Source of the DNA: Armatimonadota bacterium
GTDB lineage: Bacteria; Armatimonadota; UBA10988
Direction: 5' to 3'
Assembly: GCA_016235455.1 (NCBI GenBank)
Contig: JACRKZ010000134.1
Coordinates: 1-20,509, forward strand
DNA: 20,509 nt
Shown: in pieces, positions 7,639-16,937 of the stretch
How the letters are laid out: every line of letters starts with the position of its first letter
Position numbering within the stretch: position 1 is the stretch's first letter
Translations under genes and position numbers: made by a program
Notes under the pieces: generated by a model
What the model saw: the letters and a program-made list of their open reading frames with translations, nothing else
The model's database searches: none
What the model was told of the DNA's origin: nothing

Positions 7639-10326
7639 CTACCCGGCCTGGGTCAGGTCCAGGCGGACTTCGACGCAGTCGTCGTCCTTGATGTCGTGCT
7701 TGACGAAGCCGAGCCGCTCGCACATGGCGATCATGGCCACGTTGTCCTTGAGGACCTGGCCGGTCATGACGGTCATGCCGCGCTGCTTGGCGTAGGCCAT
7801 GAGCTTGTTCATCAGCGTGCGGCCCAGGCCCTGACCCTTGAGGTCGGAGCGCACGACGATGGCGAACTCGGCCGAGCGGTCGACGATGTCGAGGACCGCG
7901 CGCGCCACGCCCAGGGTCTCGGGCATGTTGCGGTCGTCGAGGCCGGTGGCCACGAAGGCCATCTCACGGTCGTAGTCGATCTGCGTGAGGCGGGCCATCT
8001 GGCTGTGCGGCAACTCGCGCACCAAGCCGAAGAAGCGGCTGCGGATGTCTTCGGGCGAGAGCTTGCCGATGAAGACATGGTGCGCCGGCTCGTCTTCCGG
8101 GCGGATCGGGCGGACCACGATGGGTCGACCTTCCTTGAGGTTGACCTTCTCTTCCAGCTCCTTGGGATAGGGCCGGATGGCCAGCCGCGCCGGGCCGGTG
8201 GTGGTGGCCGGCGCCACGCCGATGCGCGCGTCCAGGGCCAGCACGCCCTTGGCGTCGGCGAACAGCGGGTTGATGTCCAGCTCGACGATCTCGGGCAGGT
8301 CGGTGATGAGCTGCGAGACCTGGATGAGTGTCAGGCAGATGGCGTCGATATCGGCCGGCGCCTCGTCGCGATAGCCCTTGAGCAGCTTGGCGATGCGCGT
8401 GCGCTCGACCTGAGCGCGGGCCAGCGCCATGTTCAGCGGCGGCAGACCGACCGAGCTGTCGGCGATCACCTCGACCGCCTTGCCGCCCTGACCGAACATG
8501 ATGGTCGGGCCGAAGACGTGGTCGCAGCTCACGCCGACGATCAGCTCCTTGGCGCCGGGGCGCCGTGCCATGTGCTGCACGGTGAAGCCACCGAGGTGCG
8601 CTTCGGGCATGAGTCGCGCGATGCGCTCGTTCATGGCCTTGGCCGCGGCCAGCACTTCCTCACCGTTCTCCAGGTTCAGCGCCACACCGCCGACGTCCGA
8701 CTTGTGGGTGATGTCCTGCGAGAGGATCTTGATGGCCACCGGGTAGCCGATGCTGTCGGCCACGGTCACCGCCGACACCGGCGAGGAGGCGATCTGCGTC
8801 TCGACGATGGGGATGCCATAGGCGGCGAGCACGGCCTTGGCCTCGGCCTCGGTCAGCATGTCGCGACCGCTGGCCATGGCCGACTGGATGACCAGGCGCG
8901 CGGTGGCGGTGGCCGGGGTGAACTCCTCGGGCACCGAGTCCGGCGTCTGCATCAGCAGTTCCTGGTTGCGGTTGAACTTCACCATGTGCATGAAGCCGCG
9001 CACGGCGCGGTCAGGCGTGAAGAACGTGGGCAGCCCGGCATCGCTGAACATCCTGCGCGGCTCGCGCACGGTGTCCTGACCCATCCACGAGGTCAGCACG
9101 TTGCGCGTGGCGCTCTTGCAGCACTCGATGGTGGCGGCCGCCGTCTCGGTCACGCTGGCCACGGCGGTGGGCACGTGCATGACCATCACGGCGTCGACCT
9201 GGTTGTCCTTGAGCAGGACCTTGAGGGCTTGCGAGTAGCGTTCGCCGTTGGCGTCACCGATGATGTCGACGGGGTTGGCATGGGACCACGTCGGCGGCAT
9301 CTTCTCGTTGAGCGCCTTGATGGTCGACTCGCTGAGTTCGGCCAGGCGGCCGCCCTGCTCGATGAGCGCATCCACGGCCAGCACGGCCGGGCCACCACCG
9401 TTGGTCAGCACGGCCAGGCGGTCGCCCTTGAGCGGCTTGGAGCGGGCCAGCGTCTGCACGGCGTCGAACAGCTCGTCGATGGCGAACACGCGCAACATGC
9501 CGGCGCGGCGGAAGGCTGCGTCGTAGATGTCGTCCGCGCCGGCCAGCGCGCCGGTGTGCGAGGCGGCGGCCTTGGCGCCTTCCTCGAAGCGGCCCGACTT
9601 GACCACCACCACCGGCTTGTTGCGGGCCGCGGCGCGCCCGGCGCTCATGAAGGCGCGGGCGTCGACGATCGACTCGATGTACAGCAGGATGGCGCTGACC
9701 TCGGGATCCGAGCCCAGGTAGTCCATGGTGTCGGCGAAGTCGACGTCGCAGATGTCACCCAGCGACAGGAAGTGGCTGAGGCCGATGCCGTAGCTCTTGG
9801 CGTAGTCGAGCACGGCCGTGGCGAGGCCGCCCGACTGGCTGACAAAGGCGATGCGGCCGGGCAGGCAGTCGACATGCGCAAAACTGGCGTTGAGGCCGAT
9901 GCCCGGCACGATCATGCCCAGGCAGTTGGGGCCGAGGATGCGCAACTGGTACTTGCGCGCGATCTCGGTCATTTCGGCCTGCAGGGTCTGGCCGGCGGCG
10001 TTCGTGTTCGAATTCAAGCCTGCGGTCAAGACCACGGCGGCGCGGGTGCCCTGGCTGCCCAGCTCGTTGATGACCCCCGGAACCGCCTTGGGCGGAACGG
10101 CGATGACGGCCAGGTCGGCGGGAACGGGAAGCTTGCTAACGTCGGGGTAGGTAAGGACCCCCGACACGGCCTGGCTGGTCGGGTTCACCGGCATTACCGG
10201 CCCGGCAAACCCTCCGGCGAGCAGGTTCTTCATCACGACCGAACCCACCGAGCCGGGCCGGTTCGACGCGCCAATCACCGCCACCGATTTGGGGTTGAAG
10301 AGCGCGTCGAGATTGCGGACGCTCAT
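7639..10326 (-). CDS. pat: Bifunctional ADP-forming acyl-CoA ligase family / GNAT protein lysine acetyltransferase (Pat/Pka/YfiQ-like)
   Basis: N-terminal LFNPKSVAVIGAS, GPNCLG, SQSGG, ARNKPVVVVKSGR, SHTGALAG; ATP-grasp THKSDVGGV and ELDINPL; C-terminal GNAT RLAIRPYP, QIDYDREMAF, KGQGLG; RBS GAAAGGA. Confidence 0.93.
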   Translation of the reverse strand: MSVRNLDALFNPKSVAVIGASNRPGSVGSVVMKNLLAGGFAGPVMPVNPTSQAVSGVLTYPDVSKLPVPADLAVIAVPPKAVPGVINELGSQGTRAAVVLTAGLNSNTNAAGQTLQAEMTEIARKYQLRILGPNCLGMIVPGIGLNASFAHVDCLPGRIAFVSQSGGLATAVLDYAKSYGIGLSHFLSLGDICDVDFADTMDYLGSDPEVSAILLYIESIVDARAFMSAGRAAARNKPVVVVKSGRFEEGAKAAASHTGALAGADDIYDAAFRRAGMLRVFAIDELFDAVQTLARSKPLKGDRLAVLTNGGGPAVLAVDALIEQGGRLAELSESTIKALNEKMPPTWSHANPVDIIGDANGERYSQALKVLLKDNQVDAVMVMHVPTAVASVTETAAATIECCKSATRNVLTSWMGQDTVREPRRMFSDAGLPTFFTPDRAVRGFMHMVKFNRNQELLMQTPDSVPEEFTPATATARLVIQSAMASGRDMLTEAEAKAVLAAYGIPIVETQIASSPVSAVTVADSIGYPVAIKILSQDITHKSDVGGVALNLENGEEVLAAAKAMNERIARLMPEAHLGGFTVQHMARRPGAKELIVGVSCDHVFGPTIMFGQGGKAVEVIADSSVGLPPLNMALARAQVERTRIAKLLKGYRDEAPADIDAICLTLIQVSQLITDLPEIVELDINPLFADAKGVLALDARIGVAPATTTGPARLAIRPYPKELEEKVNLKEGRPIVVRPIRPEDEPAHHVFIGKLSPEDIRSRFFGLVRELPHSQMARLTQIDYDREMAFVATGLDDRNMPETLGVARAVLDIVDRSAEFAIVVRSDLKGQGLGRTLMNKLMAYAKQRGMTVMTGQVLKDNVAMIAMCERLGFVKHDIKDDDCVEVRLDLTQAG

Positions 10327-10413
10327 GGCACAACCTATCCTTTCGTCACCATCAGCCGAGCGCGAGCCCTGTGGTCCGGCAAGCAGGCGTGGTGACCGAG
10401 TCGACTCCTAGCC

Positions 10414-10429
10414 TGCAAGCCGCTTGCCA
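10414..10429 (-). promoter_or_regulatory. Sigma54 (-24/-12) promoter candidate for the Pat-like gene
   Basis: Minus strand TGGCAAGCGGCTTGCA has GG-N10-GC with TGGCA and TTGCA, about 90 nt upstream of the start. Confidence 0.6.
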
Positions 10430-10530
10430 GCAGGTTTGGCGGTCCAATGCGGGGTTGGCTGGCCAGTCCGGTTTCCGAACACCGTTGGAGTCCGTCAGTG
10501 TCAGCCGGATTCTTCGTCAACCCGCCGGCG

Positions 10531-12183
10531 CTACAGCCGCTCGCCGCGCAGGATGGCGAACAGCACCGCCATGGCCGCCAGCACACCGGCACAGAAGGTG
10601 CCCACGCCCAGCGCCGGGCTGTACGGCATGGCCAGCGCGCCGGCCACCATCAAGCCGCCAACGATGGCCGACAGGCTCAGCCGATTGAGCATCTGGCCCA
10701 GGTGCCGGCCGGGCTCCTCCACATCGGTGTTGACCTTGAGCGCCAGTGTGCCGGCCTCCATGCGGTCCATGATGGTGGTCATCTGCCGCGGGAAGGCCTG
10801 GGCCAACCGCGAGAGCTGCCGACCACTGGCCAACATGGTGCGCAGCAACTGCTCGGGACTGAGCTGGCGGCCCAGCACCTGGCGCGCGACCGGCTCAAAC
10901 TCGCGCCGCAGGTCGAATTCAGGGTCGAGGCTGAGACACGTGCCCTCGACGGCGACAAGCACCTTGATCAACATGGGCAGTTCGGCCGGCAACTGCACGT
11001 TGTGCTCGTAGCTCAGATCCATGATGGTACGCAGGATGCTGCCTAGGGGGTAGTCGCTGCGCGGCACATGGTAGTAGCGGTCCAGCGCCCGACTCAGGTC
11101 GTAGCGGAAGCCCTCGAGCTCGGCGTTGTCCTCGGTCAGGCCCAGATGCACGATCTCGTCGGTCAGCCGCTCGGTGTCGCGCGTGGCCAGGCCGACGAAG
11201 ATCTCGTCCAGGCTCTCGCGCATGCGGCGCGACAGCAGGCCCACCTGCCCCCAATCGATGACGCCCAGGTCACCGTTGTCGAAGGCCATCAGGTTACCCG
11301 GATGCAGATCCGCGTGGAAGAAGCCCTCGACGAGGATCTGGCGCAGGGCGAACCGGGCCAGCCGCCGCGCCAGCTCCGGCCGCAGCGCGGCCGGCGGGCC
11401 GCCGGGCTCGGTGAAGCGCACGGCTTCGAACAGCTCACAGGTCAGCACGCGCGGGCTGGTCAGGTTCCAGTAGACCTTGGGGATGCGCACGCCGTCCTCG
11501 GGCGACAGCGTCTGCGCCACGCGCTCGGCGTTGCGTGCCTCGATGGTGTAGATCAACTCGTCGCGCAGCCGCTCGGACAGCTCCTGGGCAGCGCGCGCCA
11601 GCTTCATGCGCGCGCCGACGGCCACCCGGCTCTCGAGCATGCCCACCAGGTCGTTGAGCACGCTCAGGTCGCGCTCGATGGTGCGGTCGATGCCCGGCCG
11701 CTGCACCTTGACCGCCACCACCTCGCCGGTGTGCAGCACCGCGCGATGCACCTGGCCCAAGGATGCCGAGCCCAGAGGCTGTGGGCTGAACTCGGCGAAG
11801 AGCTGCTCCAGCGGCGCATTGAGCTCGCCTTCCACCGTGAGTCGCACCAACTCAAAGCTCATCGGCGGCAGGCGGTCCTGCAGCTTGACCAGCTCCTCCA
11901 CCGCCCAGGCCGGCATCAGATCGGGCCGCGTGCTGAGCAGTTGGCCGAGCTTGACGAATGTCGGGCCGAGCTCTTCGAGCATGCGCCGCAGCCGCTCACC
12001 CGTGCCCAGGCCGCCCAGCTTGGGGTCGGGCGCGCCCTCCACGGGCCGAATGCGCTTGAGCAGCCCGCGGCGGGCGGCCTGCACCTGCTGGACGATCTGC
12101 TGGAAGCCGTAACGCATGGCCACGGTGAGGATCTGGTTGATCCGGCCCGCGTTGCGGATCCGCTCGGTCACGGTTGCTGGCAT
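10531..12183 (-). CDS. AarF/UbiB/ABC1 family atypical kinase
   Basis: LGPTFVKLGQLLSTRPD (KxGQ), ASLGQVH, VAVKVQRP, FFHADLHPGN, DWGQVG; two C-terminal TM helices. Confidence 0.95.
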   Translation of the reverse strand: MPATVTERIRNAGRINQILTVAMRYGFQQIVQQVQAARRGLLKRIRPVEGAPDPKLGGLGTGERLRRMLEELGPTFVKLGQLLSTRPDLMPAWAVEELVKLQDRLPPMSFELVRLTVEGELNAPLEQLFAEFSPQPLGSASLGQVHRAVLHTGEVVAVKVQRPGIDRTIERDLSVLNDLVGMLESRVAVGARMKLARAAQELSERLRDELIYTIEARNAERVAQTLSPEDGVRIPKVYWNLTSPRVLTCELFEAVRFTEPGGPPAALRPELARRLARFALRQILVEGFFHADLHPGNLMAFDNGDLGVIDWGQVGLLSRRMRESLDEIFVGLATRDTERLTDEIVHLGLTEDNAELEGFRYDLSRALDRYYHVPRSDYPLGSILRTIMDLSYEHNVQLPAELPMLIKVLVAVEGTCLSLDPEFDLRREFEPVARQVLGRQLSPEQLLRTMLASGRQLSRLAQAFPRQMTTIMDRMEAGTLALKVNTDVEEPGRHLGQMLNRLSLSAIVGGLMVAGALAMPYSPALGVGTFCAGVLAAMAVLFAILRGERL

Positions 12184-12198
12184 CTGCGCTCCCGACTC

Positions 12199-12534
12199 TC
12201 AGAACTCGCTGGTCGACTCGAAAGGCAACGTCGCCGAGCGCCGCAGCCGCAGATCGGCCTCCAGCGCCGCCACGCGCGCGGCCAACTGATCGTAGTCGCT
12301 GCGCCGCACCAGCCCCGCGGCGGCGATGGCCTGGTCCAGATCCTCGCGGACCGCCGCGGTGAACTCGTCACGCAGCGCCTGCGCGCGGCCGCGGAGTTCG
12401 GCGGACAGCGTCTCGGCCTGACCTGGGTCGCGGTTGTCGTCCTCCACCAGTTCGCGCACCAGTTGCTCGGCCGTTTCCTTGGTCAACAGCAGCGCGCCCA
12501 TGCCCAGCTCTACCGACCGTCTCAGCAGTCCCAT
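12199..12534 (-). CDS. Phasin-like / coiled-coil small protein (COG3937-type)
   Basis: GMGALLLTKETAEQLVRELV N-terminus and C-terminal GLVRRSDYDQLAARVAALE; RBS GGAG; 15 nt upstream of the UbiB-family gene. Confidence 0.75.
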   Translation of the reverse strand: MGLLRRSVELGMGALLLTKETAEQLVRELVEDDNRDPGQAETLSAELRGRAQALRDEFTAAVREDLDQAIAAAGLVRRSDYDQLAARVAALEADLRLRRSATLPFESTSEF

Positions 12535-12647
12535 GACCGTCTCCGTGCGACCCGCTTCCGTTCTAGCATAACCGCGCGGGCCGCCAAGTGGCCAGCGTCG
12601 CCAAGGAATCGCGGGCCACCGCGCGAACCTCCTGGCTGGAGCCCGAC

Positions 12648-13421
12648 ATGATTCGCTTCGACGGCCGTCGCGGACCCGGTGAGATCTTCCCCGATTGGCT
12701 GGAGGCGCTGCTGCTGGCGCTGATCGGCGCCAATGTGCTCGTGGCCATCGTGGAGACCGAGCCCAGCCTGTCGGCCGGTGCCGAGCGGTTCGTCCGCGGC
12801 TTCGACGACATCTCCATGCTGGTCTTCACCATTGAGTATGGCGCGCGGTTCTGGTTCTCGCCGCGGCTGCTGACGCTGGGCGACGGCTGGCGGGCGCGCT
12901 GGCGCTATCTGCGCACGCCCATGGCCATCATCGATCTGTTGGCGGTGGCCCCGTTCTACCTGCCGCTGCTGCTGCCCGGCGACCTGCGCATTCTGCGCCT
13001 GGCGCGCCTGGTGCGGCTGTTCCGCCTGCTCAAGCTCACCCGCTACCTGCGCTCGGTGACCATCCTGCGCGATGTGCTGCTGGCCAAGCGCGAGGAATTG
13101 CTGGTGGCGTTGGGCCTGGGGCTGACCCTCCTGCTGATCACCGCCACGCTGGTGTTCAACGTCGAGCACGATGCACAGCCCGACAAGTTCCCCAGCATCA
13201 TCTCGGCCATGTGGTGGGCCGTCGCCACGCTGACCACCGTCGGCTACGGCGATGTCTTCCCGATCACGCCGGCAGGCAAGATGCTGGCCTCGGTGGTGGC
13301 CATCCTCGGCATCGGCCTGTTCGCGCTGCCGGCGGGCATCCTGGCCGCCGGCTTCACCGAGCACATGGCCAAGCCGGCGGGCCAGCCGGCGGTCTGCCCG
13401 CACTGCGGGCACGAGCTCTGA
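12648..13421 (+). CDS. Voltage-gated potassium channel (6TM ion transporter)
   Basis: S4 LRILRLARLVRLFRLLKLTRY; pore WWAVATLTTVGYGD; S6 LFALPAGILAAGF; C-terminal CPHCG. Start at ATG 12648 (GGAG upstream) or GTG 12588. Confidence 0.93.
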   Translation: MIRFDGRRGPGEIFPDWLEALLLALIGANVLVAIVETEPSLSAGAERFVRGFDDISMLVFTIEYGARFWFSPRLLTLGDGWRARWRYLRTPMAIIDLLAVAPFYLPLLLPGDLRILRLARLVRLFRLLKLTRYLRSVTILRDVLLAKREELLVALGLGLTLLLITATLVFNVEHDAQPDKFPSIISAMWWAVATLTTVGYGDVFPITPAGKMLASVVAILGIGLFALPAGILAAGFTEHMAKPAGQPAVCPHCGHEL

Positions 13422-13426
13422 GCGCG

Positions 13427-14798
13427 CTACTCGCCCCACACCGCTGGCGCCTTGTACCCAGGCTCGGCCTTGCGCTGCCGCGACGGCACCGCTTGTTTGG
13501 CCCAGGCCTCATAGCGCGCCCGCATGTCGGCCAGCCGCGCCGGCTCCCGGGTGGCCAGGTTGACCTTCTCGTCAGGGTCGGTGGCCAGGTCGTATAGCTC
13601 GTCGGTGGCGCGGACCCGGTTGCCCGCGCCTTCGTCGGCGTCGCGCGGGTTGCCCACGATGATCTTCCAGTTGCCACGGCGCAGCGCGCCGCCGTTGGGC
13701 GCGGTGTTGAGCAGGATCTCTTCGTGCGGGCTCGGCGCGCCGTCGGTCAGGCAGGCGCGTATGTCGCGACCGTCGAGCGGCAGCGGCTGCGTCAGTGACC
13801 AGCCGGCCAGCCCGATCAGCGTGGGATACCAGTCGACCACGTGCAGCGGCTGATCGACCGTGCTGCCGGCGCGGATGTGCCCGGGCCAGGAGGCGCAAGC
13901 GGCTGCCCGTGTGCCGCCCTCGTAGACGCTGCCCTTGGCGCCGTGCAGCGAGCCGTTGCTGCCGGGCCGCGGGCCGCCGTTGTCGGCCGAGAAGACGATC
14001 AGCGTGTTGTCGCGCAGCCCCTCGGCCTCCAGCGCCGCGATGACACGACCGATGGCCGCGTCGAGCGCGGCGAGCATGGCGCCGAAGGCACGGTCGCCAG
14101 GCGGCAGGTGCGCGGCCTTGTCCAGCCAGGCCTGGGGCGCCTGAAGCGGCGCGTGGACCGCGTTGAACGGCAGGTAGAGGAAGAACGGCCGCTGCTTGTC
14201 GCGGGCCCGCATCCAGGCGATGGCGTCGTCGGCGACGAGGTCGGTGGAGTAGCCTTCGTCGCGGCAGACCCGGTCGTCGCGATGCCAGTCGAAGCCGCCG
14301 TCGCGATCGTGCCGGAAGCAGTCGATGGCGCCCATGTAGTGACCGTACTGATGGTCGAACCCGCGCCGCGTGGGCAGGTAGTCACGAGAGACGTGGCCGA
14401 GATGCCACTTGCCGCAGATGGCCGTCTGGTAGCCCACAGCGCCCAGCGCCTGGGGCAGCAGACGCTCCTCGAGCGGCAGGCCGTACCTGGCCCAGGGCCG
14501 CACCACGCCGACCTGCAGCCCGTAGCGCATCGGATAGCGCCCCGTGAGCAGCGAGGCGCGCGTGGGCGAGCAGAGCGGCTGCACGTAGTGCTGCTCCAGC
14601 TTGGCGCCCGAGGTGGCCAGCGCGTCGATGTGGGGGGTGGCGTAAGGCCCGCCGTGGAAGCCCACATCGCGCCAGCCCAGATCGTCGATCAGCAGATAGA
14701 CGATGTTGGGCCGCTCGGCCGCCGGTGCGCCGCGAGCGCGGCCGGCGGCCAGCAGAGCGGTGGCGGCGGTGCCCAGAAAGGCGCGCCGGCCAACGGGT

Positions 14799-14824
<26 letters not shown>
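13427..14824 (-). CDS. Formylglycine-dependent arylsulfatase (S1, ARSB-like) with Tat signal
   Basis: Tat motif GRRAFLG; PNIVYLLIDDLG; CSPTRASLLTG; GKWHLG; ADNG; KGSVYEGG; ELYDLATDPDE. Start at ATG 14824 after GAGGTGG, shorter than the ORF-track call. Confidence 0.93.
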
Positions 14825-15599
<775 letters not shown>

Positions 15600-15638
15600 G
15601 CAAGTGCTCCCTAGGTCATGCTATGGTATGCGACCGGG

Positions 15639-16937
15639 ATGACGCTTGTGAACCATTCTGCCCGCATTGTGCTGTGCACGTTTGGATCGCTCGGCGATCT
15701 GCACCCTTACCTCGCGCTCGGCGTCGGGCTCAAGGCGCGCGGCCATCGCCCGGCTGTCGCCACCAGCGGCCTGTACCGCGAGAAGGTGGAGGCCGAGGGT
15801 CTCGACTTCATCGCCGTCCGCCCGGACCTGGGCGATGTGGGCAACATCGACGAGTTCATCCGGCAGGCGGTGGACCTGCGGCGCGGCAGTGAGTTCGTCA
15901 TCACCAAGCTGACCATGCCGTACCTGCGCCACTCCTATGACGACCTGCTGGCCGGCGCGGGTGAGGCCGACCTGCTGGTCGGGCATCCGCTGGCCTTTGC
16001 CGTGGCACTGGTGGCCGAAACGCTCGGCCGGCCGTGGATGGGCTGCGCCTTGGCGCCCCTGAGCCTGTTCTCGGCCTGCGACGCCTCCCTGCTGCCGCCG
16101 CTGGCGCCACTGCTGGGCACGCGTCAGCTCTCGCCGGGAGCGTTCCGAGTGGTCATGCGGCTGGCACGGCGCACCACCCGCTCCTGGACCCGGCCCATCA
16201 CTGCCCTGCGCGCCGAACTGGGCCTGGCCCCAATGACCGCCGACCCCATCTACGAGGGGCAGTACTCCGCGTTTGGCAACCTGGCGCTGTTCTCGCCCTG
16301 CCTCGCCGCGCCCCAGCCCGATTGGCCGCCCCATACCACGGCCAGCGGCTTCTGCTTCCACGACCGGCTGGCGCCCGGCCAGGAGCTGTCAGGCGAACTG
16401 ACAGAGTTCCTCGCGGCGGGCCAGCCGCCCATCGTCTTCACGCTCGGCTCCACCGCTGTACACGACCCTGGCGAGTTCTACGCTGTCGCCGCCCAAGCCG
16501 CGGTCGACCTGGGCCGCCGCGCGGTGCTGCTGGCCGGCGAACGCTGCCAACTGCCCGGCCTGCCGCCGGGCGTGCTGCGGGTGGACTATGCGCCGCACTC
16601 GCTCATCTTCCCGCGGGCGGCGGCCATCGTGCACCAGGGCGGCGTGGGCACCACGGCCCAGGCGCTGGCCGCCGGGCAGCCGCAGTTGGTGGTGCCCTTC
16701 AGCCACGACCAGCCCGACAACGCCTCGCGCATCGCGCGGCTCGGTGTCGGCCGCATGGTCCCCCGCGCGCGTTTCTCGTTGCCGCGGGCCAAGGCGGAGC
16801 TGGCGTTGCTGATGGCTGAGCCCTACCTGTCGCGCGCGGCGGAGGTGGCGCGGACCATGGCCGCCGAAGATGGTGTGGCCAACGCGTGCGCGGCGATTGA
16901 GGCGTGTCTGGTGCGTGCTGGGAGCAGCGAATGTTGA
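15639..16937 (+). CDS. GT1-family glycosyltransferase (RhlB/sterol glucosyltransferase-like)
   Basis: TFGSLGDLHP; FTLGS; YAPHSLIFPRAAAIVHQGGVGTTAQALAAG; PFSHDQPDNA. Start may be 15618, 15639 or GTG 15648. Confidence 0.92.
   Translation: MTLVNHSARIVLCTFGSLGDLHPYLALGVGLKARGHRPAVATSGLYREKVEAEGLDFIAVRPDLGDVGNIDEFIRQAVDLRRGSEFVITKLTMPYLRHSYDDLLAGAGEADLLVGHPLAFAVALVAETLGRPWMGCALAPLSLFSACDASLLPPLAPLLGTRQLSPGAFRVVMRLARRTTRSWTRPITALRAELGLAPMTADPIYEGQYSAFGNLALFSPCLAAPQPDWPPHTTASGFCFHDRLAPGQELSGELTEFLAAGQPPIVFTLGSTAVHDPGEFYAVAAQAAVDLGRRAVLLAGERCQLPGLPPGVLRVDYAPHSLIFPRAAAIVHQGGVGTTAQALAAGQPQLVVPFSHDQPDNASRIARLGVGRMVPRARFSLPRAKAELALLMAEPYLSRAAEVARTMAAEDGVANACAAIEACLVRAGSSEC

Noticed and set aside
7579-10395. 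938-aa plus-strand ORF
   Set aside because: Antisense shadow of the Pat-like gene, typical of high-GC codon bias, with no family motifs.
10335-10592. 85-aa minus ORF or a structured ncRNA/riboswitch in the Pat leader
   Set aside because: No RBS or coding character and no RNA family motif I can recognise. It is better explained as promoter DNA; an Rfam scan would settle it.
11068-12651. 527-aa plus-strand ORF
   Set aside because: Antisense to the UbiB and phasin genes, with no recognizable domain.
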